DNA of 64,000 bases from an uncultured delta proteobacterium (GTDB lineage: Bacteria > Desulfobacterota > Binatia > Binatales > Binataceae), in NCBI GenBank assembly GCA_963794325.1, contig CAWCDG010000002.1, forward strand, positions 608,001-672,000, read 5' to 3'. Shown here one piece after another: positions 28,618 through 37,353 of the stretch (position 1 is its first letter; every line of letters starts with the position of its first letter). A program made the position numbers and the translations under genes. A model generated the notes under the pieces. The model was not told where the DNA came from and ran no database searches. It worked only from the letters and a program-made list of their open reading frames with translations.

Positions 28618-29091
28618 CTAGTAGTGCACCGCACCGGGCATTTGCTCGGTCCCGTTGCCTATCGGTCCCTGATTGATCCCCATTCCGAAGCCCGTATGCC
28701 CTTTCGGCGGCAGAGTGTGCTCGGCTTCTTGCCATGAGACGAGTTTACCGTCAACAAACTTCAAATCTAAAAACGTCCCCTTGTCCCCGTCCTTGGACGA
28801 GGTGTACAGCAGGGCGGCTGTTACGTCGTTGCTGTTGGGCTTATAAGGATAGCTCCAGACCTCGGTTTCGCCCGGCAAATAGGTCCGAATATCGGGTTCT
28901 CCCCACGAATGATGCACCTGGGGCGAGGTCTGGCCGACCTGCAACGAATCGGACATCCGCGTCGCCTTGATTCGGGTGCCCGCCTGGTAAGCGAGGCCGC
29001 ATCCGGCGAAAACCAGCGCCGCCGATACGATCAGGGGCAGGGCGAAGGGGGCAAACGGGACTTTTTTCCCGAAAAAGGTACTTATCGACAT
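28618..29091 (-). CDS. Putative lipoprotein (SmpA/BamE-like fold possible)
   Basis: Lipobox LVFAGC; LQVGQTSPQV..WGEP..WSY; start uncertain. Confidence 0.6.
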   Translation of the reverse strand: MSISTFFGKKVPFAPFALPLIVSAALVFAGCGLAYQAGTRIKATRMSDSLQVGQTSPQVHHSWGEPDIRTYLPGETEVWSYPYKPNSNDVTAALLYTSSKDGDKGTFLDLKFVDGKLVSWQEAEHTLPPKGHTGFGMGINQGPIGNGTEQMPGAVHY

Positions 29092-29178
29092 TCCATCCAT
29101 CGACGAGATTTTGTGGGCGCCATCCTTGATTGTCAACGTTATGCTATAGAGCAACGAATATGAACGAGGGAGGACCCG

Positions 29179-29412
29179 ATGGCGCGTAAGCTGACTCTGG
29201 TGAAAGGGCGGTCGCAGCGCGGCTCACTGGTTTACGGGATGCGCATATTCAGCCAGGGCAGCGTTGCGGGCGTCGAGGATGCGCGGGTCAGCTTGGCCGA
29301 CGGCACCAGCGGCCGAGTCACGATGCATCTGATCGAAGGCACGCGAGTACAAATCCGCCGCCAGCTGATGCAAAGCATCGACGCCTTTTTCGAATTGTTA
29401 GATGAGCAGTAA
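29179..29412 (+). CDS. Small hypothetical protein (77 aa)
   Basis: GGAGG RBS; fills the intergenic space. Confidence 0.65.
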   Translation: MARKLTLVKGRSQRGSLVYGMRIFSQGSVAGVEDARVSLADGTSGRVTMHLIEGTRVQIRRQLMQSIDAFFELLDEQ

Positions 29413-29487
29413 AATATAAATGCCAGCAACCTAACCCTAACCCCTTCCCGAGCGGGAAGGGGGACCGGATTAAGCGCGGAGAAAAAT

Positions 29488-30273
29488 ATGGATCTGAAAT
29501 TCATCAAATACGAGAAGCGCAACCATATCGCCTACATCACGTTCAACCGGCCCGAGCGGATGAACGCGTTGCATCCGCCGTGTCACGTCGAGATGGACAG
29601 CGTGTGGGACGACTTCGTCGCCGACAAGTCGGCATGGGTCGCAATCGTCACCGGCGCCGGCGACAAAGGGTTCTCCGCGGGCAACGATTTGCGCTGGACC
29701 GCGGAGAATCGCGGCGAACTGGAGAAGACCATTCGCGGCAAGGGCGGCTTCGCAGGAATCACCGCGCGTTACGATATCTACAAACCGATCATCGCGGCGG
29801 TGAACGGATTCGCGCTCGGCGGCGGATTCGAAATCGCACTCTCGTGCGATATCATCATAGCCGCCGAGCACGCGCGTTTCGGATTGCCGGAACCGCGCGT
29901 CGGCCTGATGGCCGCAGCCGGCGGCGTGCATCGCCTGCCGCGTCAGATTCCTCTGAAGATCGCGATGGGCATGATGCTGACGGGCAAGCACATCACAGCC
30001 GCCGACGCACTCCGCTTCGGAATCGCCAACCAGGTGGTACCGCTCAAGGATCTAATTCCCACCGCCGAGAAATGGGCCGCCGAGATCATGGAATGCTCCC
30101 CGCTGTCGGTGCAAGCCACCAAGCAAGCAGCGATGGACGGCCTCGGGCTGCCAACCCAGGACGCGCTCGCCAAGCATTACGATTTGCAGTCGAAGCTATT
30201 CAGATCGAAAGACGCAGTGGAGGGCCCGCTGGCATTCTCGCAAAAACGAAAACCCAACTGGACCGGCGAGTAG
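29488..30273 (+). CDS. Enoyl-CoA hydratase/isomerase family protein
   Basis: FNRPERMNAL, FSAGNDL, AVNGFALGGGFE, FGLPEPRVG. Confidence 0.94.
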   Translation: MDLKFIKYEKRNHIAYITFNRPERMNALHPPCHVEMDSVWDDFVADKSAWVAIVTGAGDKGFSAGNDLRWTAENRGELEKTIRGKGGFAGITARYDIYKPIIAAVNGFALGGGFEIALSCDIIIAAEHARFGLPEPRVGLMAAAGGVHRLPRQIPLKIAMGMMLTGKHITAADALRFGIANQVVPLKDLIPTAEKWAAEIMECSPLSVQATKQAAMDGLGLPTQDALAKHYDLQSKLFRSKDAVEGPLAFSQKRKPNWTGE

Positions 30274-30299
30274 GGCGCCGCGCCCATCTCTCCTTTTTT

Positions 30300-30421
30300 C
30301 CGGTTCCCCTTCCCGTTCGAGAAGGGGCAACTAATAATCCGGTTCCCCTTCCCGCGCGGGAAGGGGTTACTCCCCATAATCCGGTTCCCCTTCCCACTAT
30401 GGGAAGGGGTTAGGGGTTAGG
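30300..30421 (-). repeat. Tandem array of three family C hairpin units
   Basis: CCGGTTCCCCTTCCC-N-G(G/A)GAAGGGG units starting at 30300, 30339 and 30381. Confidence 0.85.
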
Positions 30422-30434
30422 TCGCCGGAATTTT

Positions 30435-30650
30435 ATGCAAGAACTCTGGCTACTGCACGACGCAATCGCGATGCTGCTAGCCGCGGCGACCACCGCAGCG
30501 TTGCCGCCAGTCAGCACCGGCGCATTCTGGACGATCGTCGCATTCTACGGCGTAGTTTCGATCATCTTCGACGACGAAACCCCGCGCGGCGTCCCCGGCA
30601 TCGATTACTTCTACGCCACCCGCCCCCACCTGAAGGATCCGCAGAGCTAG
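30435..30650 (+). CDS. Small membrane protein ending DYFYATRPHLKDPQS (copy 1 of 3)
   Basis: Near-identical copy at 32470-32663; 3' fragment at 31853-31900 differs mostly at synonymous sites. Confidence 0.6.
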   Translation: MQELWLLHDAIAMLLAAATTAALPPVSTGAFWTIVAFYGVVSIIFDDETPRGVPGIDYFYATRPHLKDPQS

Positions 30651-30658
30651 CCCTTTAG

Positions 30659-31816
30659 ATGACAGGTGTCAGGCACTTTCGCGCAAGACATTTTCTTTCG
30701 GCGCTGGGTTTGCTTATCGGTTTGACGATCGGCTGCGCTCAATCAGGATCCGAATCGTTGCCCGACTGGATGCAGCCCGGAGTGCGGACTGGAGCCGGCG
30801 TTCTCGACGAGCGACTGTACGCGACCGCTGACGGGATGGGCTCACTCACTGACATTCAGTATGGAGAACTTCGCGCTCGCGGGAAGGTTGAGTTGGGAAT
30901 TGCGGGAAACTATGGCGCCAGGTTTTTCGACGAGGCGGGAAGACCGAGCGCTAGCGTGGACTTTGCCGTTCGAGAACCCGGCGGGCTTAAAGTCTCGGCC
31001 GATATTGTGAGCCGATCCCGTGCACACGCAATGCGTTTTTTTCGCCATGGATACGCCGCCTACGCGAGTTTGGTCGACGCTGACGGCAAAGAGATCTGGC
31101 GAACGCCCTATAACCCTTTTGCCAGCACCTTCGGAGATCTAAATGGCGACGGCACCGAGGACTTTATCTTTGCGCGAACGCCGGATGCTGTAATCGAAGC
31201 TCGGAATGGTTCAGGCGCGATCGTATGGCAGACGCAGCCCGGTCACATGGTGTTCAAGCTTGCGGTTATCAGCACGGATGGCGGTGAAGGTTCCAAGCTG
31301 CTCGCTGTCGAATCTGGCAGATTGATAGGTCTTGGGCCACATGGTGAACGCCTTTTCGAGAGAACCCCATCTACCGGAGGATATTTTCATGCTTTTTCCC
31401 CGGTTCGCTGGCCCAGTGTCTGTGCGGAGGAGTGCCTACTCGTGAGCACGAACGACGAGATTTTTCTGCTCACTTCGGATGGAGAAAAAGAGGTGACAGA
31501 GCTCGCCGCCGGGTACATGTATCAGCCGCGTGGTGTGGCCGTTCGTCTGGACAAGAACGAACGGCCACTGCTAGCGGTGGCTGGCGAACTGCCCTATAGG
31601 AGAAAGAACGAGAGGTTTGGTGGTGCACTCTTCGTGTTCGACGCGAACAGGAATCTTGTCTACCACGAGGTTTTTCCGGAACCGGTCGAAGCGCTCGGCG
31701 TGATGCCCGCGCCAGACGGCAAGCGTGAGAACCTTTTGGTGGGCGGCGTGAATAAGTTGTGGCAATACTCAATGCCTCCAGCGAACGCATCCCACTCTGT
31801 CCAGCCACCGCACTAA
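30659..31816 (+). CDS. Hypothetical lipoprotein, FG-GAP/beta-propeller-like
   Basis: Lipobox LTIGC; GDLNGDGTEDFI; repeated DADGKEIW / NGSGAIVW blades; lower GC. Confidence 0.7.
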   Translation: MTGVRHFRARHFLSALGLLIGLTIGCAQSGSESLPDWMQPGVRTGAGVLDERLYATADGMGSLTDIQYGELRARGKVELGIAGNYGARFFDEAGRPSASVDFAVREPGGLKVSADIVSRSRAHAMRFFRHGYAAYASLVDADGKEIWRTPYNPFASTFGDLNGDGTEDFIFARTPDAVIEARNGSGAIVWQTQPGHMVFKLAVISTDGGEGSKLLAVESGRLIGLGPHGERLFERTPSTGGYFHAFSPVRWPSVCAEECLLVSTNDEIFLLTSDGEKEVTELAAGYMYQPRGVAVRLDKNERPLLAVAGELPYRRKNERFGGALFVFDANRNLVYHEVFPEPVEALGVMPAPDGKRENLLVGGVNKLWQYSMPPANASHSVQPPH

Positions 31817-31852
31817 GACGGGCGTCCCTAGTCGCGCAGTGTAGCTGGGCTC

Positions 31853-31952
31853 GATTATTTCTACGCGACGCGCCCGAATCTGAAGGATCCGCAAAGTTAG
31901 CGCTCTTCTTCCACCACAAAATGTAGCGGGAAGAACAAAAAGCGTGACCAAT
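31853..31952 (+). repeat. Copy 2 (3' fragment plus downstream tail) of the DYFYATRPxLKDPQS repeat
   Basis: Encodes DYFYATRPNLKDPQS*; tail AAAATGT.GCG..G..GAACAAAAA...TGACCAA shared with 32664-32716. Confidence 0.8.
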
Positions 31953-31986
31953 CGTCGCTAGTGTCTCAGTTTGAATTTCACGCGAT

Positions 31987-32127
31987 TTAAGTTGGGGCGA
32001 GCCGCTGAATCTTCAAACATGAACGACACAGTCGAACGCTGAGAACGCGCCAGAGCTTTCGGATTCTACCGCAACGCGAACATGCTCCGGTACTTGGGAT
32101 CGGTATTGGATGGGTTTCTACGGTCAT
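31987..32127 (-). CDS. 46-aa putative zinc-ribbon miniprotein
   Basis: MTVETHPIPIPSTGACSRCGRIRKLWRVLSVRLCRSCLKIQRLAPT; two CxxC; below the ORF-track cutoff. Confidence 0.45.
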   Translation of the reverse strand: MTVETHPIPIPSTGACSRCGRIRKLWRVLSVRLCRSCLKIQRLAPT

Positions 32128-32146
32128 GTCGATTCTGGGCAGTGGG

Positions 32147-32338
32147 TCAGTTTGAACGCTGAAAACAAAAGTAGAAGATCTGTAAGATCAGAACGACCAG
32201 TCCAGTCAGTCGAAGCGTCGTGATGCTGTAATCTTCCCTCATCCTGGGATTAACGCGAAAGACGCCTTCAGGCCAAATCACGAACCATGCGGCCAACGAA
32301 CCAAACACGATCGTCGCGGCTAGTGTTAGCCAGTACAT
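32147..32338 (-). CDS. Small two-TM hypothetical protein
   Basis: Two hydrophobic segments; stop codon lies in the TCAAACTGA end motif. Confidence 0.55.
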   Translation of the reverse strand: MYWLTLAATIVFGSLAAWFVIWPEGVFRVNPRMREDYSITTLRLTGLVVLILQIFYFCFQRSN

Positions 32339-32339
32339 T

Positions 32340-32469
32340 TTACGCAGTCTGTCCCTTCTGACTCGCTTCCCATTCGTCTACGACTCCAATCAAATCCTCG
32401 AACGAGAAAAGATGATCGACAATACCCGACTCCATCGCGGGCGTCACTCTCAGCGTCGTGTGAATCCGA
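32340..32469 (-). pseudogene. C-terminal remnant of an IS1-family-like transposase
   Basis: RIHTTLRVTPAMESGIVDHLFSFEDLI resembles the RIHxTLRVTPAMxAGxxDHxWS terminus; end-like motifs at 31959-31975 and 32138-32156. Confidence 0.7.
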
Positions 32470-32716
32470 ACGACGCACTCACGATGCTGCTCATCTCCGC
32501 GACGACCGCAGCATTGCCGCCAGTCAGCACCGGCGCATTCTGGACGATCGTAGCATTCTACGGCGTAGTGTCGATCCTCTTCGGCGACGAAACCCCCCGC
32601 GGCGTCCTCGGCATCGATTACTTCTACGCCACCCGCCCCCACCTGAAGGATCCTCAGAGCTAGCGTTATATTTTCCGGATAAAAATGTTGCGAGGGGAAC
32701 AAAAATTCTGACCAAA
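32470..32716 (+). repeat. Copy 3 of the small-membrane-protein repeat
   Basis: ~195 bp direct repeat of 30457-30651. Confidence 0.9.
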
Positions 32717-32785
32717 AGTGGAGGCTTTCGTTTGACTTAGCCATGCACGCGATTTGGCGTTATTGTGCTACAATGAGCGTTATGG

Positions 32786-33043
32786 GTGACATGCATGGCG
32801 ATTAATTCTGTGATTCCTTCTCCGATCTTCGAGACGCTCAGGGATTCCGAGGACACGCTCCGGACCACTCTGGCCGAGCTGGCCCAGGATAAACGCAAGC
32901 AGAAGCCGAAGATCTCCGAGCGAAAACTAGCCGAATATCTTGCAGATCAGATGGGCTACCGCGGCGCGAGGAATGTCGAAGCGCTGGTCGCTGCACGCGA
33001 GCGAATCGCCAAGTCGCGGCAGGCAGTCGGTCTGGGCAAGTAA
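32786..33043 (+). CDS. Small hypothetical protein
   Basis: 85-aa ORF preceded by an extended -10 (TGCTACAAT, ~32767-32775). Confidence 0.6.
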   Translation: MTCMAINSVIPSPIFETLRDSEDTLRTTLAELAQDKRKQKPKISERKLAEYLADQMGYRGARNVEALVAARERIAKSRQAVGLGK

Positions 33044-33067
33044 CGCGTTTCTGTTCGAGTAGACCTG

Positions 33068-36000
33068 CTAGGCGAGCGATTCGTCGAGCAGCGCTTTGGC
33101 ACCTTTCAGATCGGGCGTGTCGAAGCCTTCAGTGAACCATTTGTAGATTTCGAGGAGCGTTGCGCGAGCCTCATCGCGTTTGCCCTGCTTCGTGAGCAGG
33201 CGTGCGAGGCTGGTCGCGGCGCGAAGTTCGAACGACTTCGCGCTCATCGTGCGCGCCAGCGCTATCGCCTCGCGAAAATCGGCTTCGGCCAGTTCGTTCT
33301 GGCCGAGCTTGAATCGCAGGTCCCCGCGACAGGTAAGAATATGCGGTCGGAAGATAATCTCCTCGGGGTTCGCCTCAAGAGCATTCTCCAACGTACCGAG
33401 GGCCTCTTCGATTTGGCCGTCGAGAGCCTGCGCCTCGGCCAGGACCGATAGAAATTCGCTGACGCCGGCCCTTGAGCCTGCCGCCAGCATGTCAGACAGA
33501 CCTTGCTGTATCAGCGAGACGCCTTCGCCAGCGTGGCCAAGATGCGCGCGCGCCCATCCGAGGAAGCATCGCGCTAAATTGCTCACGTACGAAAAGCCGA
33601 GCTGTTCGGACATCGCGAGCGCTTGCATGGCGGCGTCTTCCGCGAGCCGCGGTTCCCTGAGAAATCGGTAAAACCACGCGGCAAAGTAATGCGCGAACGC
33701 GATGTCGTGCAGATTCTTGCCGTCCTGCACAAAAGCGATCGCATGCGCCGCGTGTTCGCGCCCGCGGTCGGCATAGCCGAGCGCCCATTCGCTGACGCTG
33801 GCGAAGCCCTCGGCATTCGGCGTACCGGGGAATCCACTGCTGCGAATCGTCTCAAGGTAGGGAATCAGCTCGGCGAAATGCTCCCGGACTCCCAACAGAT
33901 CGGCGCGGTAGTAGCAGACGTGCACTTGGGCGATCTGTGCGCGTCCGAGGTTATCGTCGCTGCCCTCGCGTTGTGCCAAAGCCAGTACCCGGTCCGCAAG
34001 CGCAGCGGCGGCAGGATGGTCGCCGGAGACTAGCACGCCGCTCCAATTGAGGATTTCCTGCGCGACCAGCAGCTTCAGGTTACCGGTCTTCTCCGCGACT
34101 ACGCGCGCCCGGCCGACCATCTCGACCGTTGCTGGAGCGGTAAAACCACTCGTCGTAAGCAGGAGGTTGGACAGTCCTGTCGTGAGCTCGAGCTCGCTGA
34201 CGTCACGCTCGGGTGATTCGGGCATCGTGTAGAGCATCGCGAGTGCATTGCGATAGTCCTCTTCGGCTTCCTTGAAGGCGCGGCGCCCGTATGCCGCGTG
34301 CTGCGCCTTCTTCCATGCCGCGATAGCTAACTTCGCCTCTGTGGCCTCGGTCCAGTGGCGTGCGACGACTTCCGGCTGCGCTTCCGCAATAGCGGGGAAT
34401 TTTTCGCTGATAGTTTGCGCGACACTGCGATGCATCTGCTTGCGCCTGCTTTTCAGCAGCGCCTCGTACGCGGCGTCCTGGATGAGTGCGTGCTTGAACT
34501 GGTAGGTCGCGTCGGGCGCGGTGCCGCGGGTGTAGATCACTTCCGCGTCGGCAAGTTTATCGAGCGCCGACTGCAAATCGATTTCCGGCATCGACGCGAC
34601 CGCGCGAAGCAGCTCGTACGAGAACTCGCGTCCGATCACGGCGGCGACCTGGGCAACCTCTTTGGCGGCGCCGAGCCGGTCGAGCCGTGCGGTCAACGAG
34701 TCGTGCAACGTGGCGGGAATCTCGCGCGATATGGAACGCCCGTCGGCCTCGAGCATCAGCCGCGTCAGCTCTTCAGTGAACAGCGGCACGCCGTCGCTGC
34801 GCTTGACGACCGCGTCGATCACGCTCGCGGGCAGGCCAATACGCGCGATCACGCCGATCACCATCTCGCGGGTCTGGCCGTCGTTCAGCCGGCTCAGCGT
34901 GATCTGCGCATGATGCGCCCGCGGCGGCCACGGCGCGCGGAATCCCGGCCGCGCCGCACACAGCAACATCAATGGCGCCGTCGCGGCCTGCTCGGCCAGG
35001 GTCTGCAGCAGTTCTAGCGTCGAGGGATCGGCCCAGTGAACGTCCTCGATCGCGATTACCATCGGTTGCAGCCGAGCGACGTTGAGAACCCAGGTCTGTA
35101 GGTTCGCCAGCAGCCGTTTACGCTTCTGGTCCGGCGCAAACAGCAGGTGCGGGTACTTATCCGGTATCGGCAGATTCAGCATCTCGGCGATCAACGGCAC
35201 CGCCTCGTCGAGCTTCATCCCGGCCAATTCCAGCGAGCGCTCGAGCTGACTAATCCGTTCGTCCGCACTTTCATCGCCGCGCCAACCCAGCCCCTGATCG
35301 AGTATTTGAGTCACCGCGTGGAAGGGCGTGCTTCGAAAGATATGCTCGCCGGCACAATCGATCCAAAGATGTGGTTCGTCCTTGACCCGCGCGCGGAACT
35401 CGTCGATCAGGCGCGATTTGCCGATTCCCGGCTCGCCGGTCACCAGCACCAACTGGCCTTGTCCCTGCCGCGCGCGATCCCATCGATTGAGCACCAGGCG
35501 CATCTCGTCGTCGCGCCCGACGAACGCCGTCATCGCGTGCACTGCGGGGTCATCCCTGTGACGGCGTGTCGCGATAGCCTGGATGGCGCGATAAAGCTGC
35601 ACGGGATGCTCGATACCCTTGAGCGGCTGCGCGCCACGGTCCTCGACCACGAACAGACCTGAGACGAGCGCGTGCACGGCGGCGGTGAAAAGGACCGAAT
35701 CCGGCTCGGCGAGAGTCTGCACCCGCGCCGCTATGTTGGGTGCGTCGCCGAACACGTCGGATTCCATCCCGCCACCGTGACCGACGACTACCGATCCAGT
35801 ATCGATTCCGACGCGCACCGCGAGCTTTACCTGCTGCGCGATTGCCAGGCTTGCACTCAGCGCTGCGACCGAATCGACGATCGCAAGCCCGGCGCGGACG
35901 GCGCGCTGCGCGTCATCCTCATGCGCCTCGGGGAAGCCGAAGAACACGACGAGTCCATCGCCGAGATACTTCGCGACGTGGCCCCCGAAGCGCGTGGCCG

Positions 36001-36316
36001 CCTCGGCGGCCGCGCGTTGATAGGCAGCCGCGATATCGCGCCAGTCCTCGGGATCGAGACGCGCGGCGATTTCAGTGGAGCTGACGAGATCGCAGAAGAG
36101 CACCGTAAGATGGCGCCGTTCGCCGTCGGAGATAGCCGCATCCGGAGCGCGCCGGATGTCCACGCCGCCTATTGGCGAACCGCAATCGCTGCAAAATCGC
36201 GACGCCGCCGAATTTTCGAATCCGCACTTGACGCATCGCCGCTTGAACGGCGCGCCGCATTGCGCACAGAACTTGCCCTCGTCGGGATTATCCGACGCAC
36301 ATGACGGGCATTGCAT
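33068..36316 (-). CDS. Zinc-ribbon + class III adenylate/guanylate cyclase + AAA (STAND) ATPase + TPR protein
   Basis: Four CxxC; TVLFCDLVSST, KYLGDG, FGDAPNIAAR; GEPGIGKS; IEDVHWAD; WFTEGFDTPDL. Confidence 0.95.
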   Translation of the reverse strand: MQCPSCASDNPDEGKFCAQCGAPFKRRCVKCGFENSAASRFCSDCGSPIGGVDIRRAPDAAISDGERRHLTVLFCDLVSSTEIAARLDPEDWRDIAAAYQRAAAEAATRFGGHVAKYLGDGLVVFFGFPEAHEDDAQRAVRAGLAIVDSVAALSASLAIAQQVKLAVRVGIDTGSVVVGHGGGMESDVFGDAPNIAARVQTLAEPDSVLFTAAVHALVSGLFVVEDRGAQPLKGIEHPVQLYRAIQAIATRRHRDDPAVHAMTAFVGRDDEMRLVLNRWDRARQGQGQLVLVTGEPGIGKSRLIDEFRARVKDEPHLWIDCAGEHIFRSTPFHAVTQILDQGLGWRGDESADERISQLERSLELAGMKLDEAVPLIAEMLNLPIPDKYPHLLFAPDQKRKRLLANLQTWVLNVARLQPMVIAIEDVHWADPSTLELLQTLAEQAATAPLMLLCAARPGFRAPWPPRAHHAQITLSRLNDGQTREMVIGVIARIGLPASVIDAVVKRSDGVPLFTEELTRLMLEADGRSISREIPATLHDSLTARLDRLGAAKEVAQVAAVIGREFSYELLRAVASMPEIDLQSALDKLADAEVIYTRGTAPDATYQFKHALIQDAAYEALLKSRRKQMHRSVAQTISEKFPAIAEAQPEVVARHWTEATEAKLAIAAWKKAQHAAYGRRAFKEAEEDYRNALAMLYTMPESPERDVSELELTTGLSNLLLTTSGFTAPATVEMVGRARVVAEKTGNLKLLVAQEILNWSGVLVSGDHPAAAALADRVLALAQREGSDDNLGRAQIAQVHVCYYRADLLGVREHFAELIPYLETIRSSGFPGTPNAEGFASVSEWALGYADRGREHAAHAIAFVQDGKNLHDIAFAHYFAAWFYRFLREPRLAEDAAMQALAMSEQLGFSYVSNLARCFLGWARAHLGHAGEGVSLIQQGLSDMLAAGSRAGVSEFLSVLAEAQALDGQIEEALGTLENALEANPEEIIFRPHILTCRGDLRFKLGQNELAEADFREAIALARTMSAKSFELRAATSLARLLTKQGKRDEARATLLEIYKWFTEGFDTPDLKGAKALLDESLA

Positions 36317-36418
36317 CAGCAGTTCCCCTGGCGGACCAACCCCGTCGCGCCTTGTTCACTCTGCGAAAGCTTTAGCTAATGCAATAATATTACGCGAACA
36401 GGCAAGCGCTTTGAATGC

Positions 36419-37138
36419 TTAGTGGCCAAGATAGCGGCCGAAGAACGCTGCGATACGCTTCCAACTGTCATCGGCGGCCTGCGGATTGTATTCGGCCTTC
36501 ATTGGCCCAATTTTTCCTATCCACGGCAGCAACCCGCTGTTGCGGCTCATGAAGCTGTGGCCGGCATCCTCGTAAACTTTGACGTCGTGATCGACGCCCA
36601 TCTCAGTGAGAAGGTTTTCGAGCCTGCGCCCCTGCGCCGCGAACATCCGGTCCTGGCCGCCGTAGCCGCCGAGCACCGGGCACACGCCGCGTAACTGCTC
36701 GACGGTCTTGGGCACGTCGCCATAGAACGTCGCGGCGACGCCGAGCGGAGTGCGCGCCGCGTACATCAGCGCGAATCCACCACCCATGCAAAACCCGATC
36801 ACGCCGATGCGCGCGGCGTCAACGCCCGGCTGCTGCTGGAGAAACTTGCGCGCCGCATCGAGGTCCTTGAACGCATCACCGTCGCCGCGATTCAGCGTCA
36901 TCAGTGTGCGCGCTATGCAAATGAGCCGGGCACCGTCCCGATCGTAAAGGTCAGGCGCGAGCGCCGCGTAACCAAGGTCAGCAACCATCCCGGTGATTCG
37001 GCGGATATCGTCGTTGAGCCCGAAGATCTCGTGAATAACGATCACGCCCGGACGCTTCTGCGAATCAACCGGCGCAGCATACGCCGCCCGCATCGGACGC
37101 CCGTCGTGAGAAGGGAAGCTAATATCAGTGGTGGTCAT
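36419..37138 (-). CDS. Dienelactone hydrolase family protein
   Basis: HEIFG, APDLY, GFCMGG, AGHSF. Confidence 0.94.
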   Translation of the reverse strand: MTTTDISFPSHDGRPMRAAYAAPVDSQKRPGVIVIHEIFGLNDDIRRITGMVADLGYAALAPDLYDRDGARLICIARTLMTLNRGDGDAFKDLDAARKFLQQQPGVDAARIGVIGFCMGGGFALMYAARTPLGVAATFYGDVPKTVEQLRGVCPVLGGYGGQDRMFAAQGRRLENLLTEMGVDHDVKVYEDAGHSFMSRNSGLLPWIGKIGPMKAEYNPQAADDSWKRIAAFFGRYLGH

Positions 37139-37289
37139 CGGAACCCATCATCATACGGTTATCGATTCACAGCAACCTAACCCCTCTTTTCAGTATTAAG
37201 GCCGCGCTCCGTTGTCGCGCGCGGATCGAGGGAACGGGAACCGGACGCGGAGAAGTCCCGCATCCCGCGGCGGTGCCGATTCTCTTAAT

Positions 37290-37348
37290 ACTGGGGTGCA
37301 GGGGTCACCCCTGCCGAAGGAAGTTTGAAACCCACCGTGGGTTTCAAA
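37290..37348 (-). repeat. REP-like family B with TGAAACCCACCGTGGGTTTCA palindrome
   Basis: Reverse complement of the 38296-38353 copy. Confidence 0.85.
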
Positions 37349-37353
37349 TTAAA

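Noticed and set aside
30300-30421. Possible CRISPR array (also 52602-52762)
   Set aside because: Only 3-4 degenerate units with very short, related linkers; the same unit is dispersed singly elsewhere; no cas genes
32340-32744. 134-aa ORF as a real gene
   Set aside because: Chimera of the antisense of repeat copy 3 and a transposase tail
33068-36316. STAND cyclase as a novel defence system
   Set aside because: Common multi-copy architecture; no adjacent effector or defence genes in an operon
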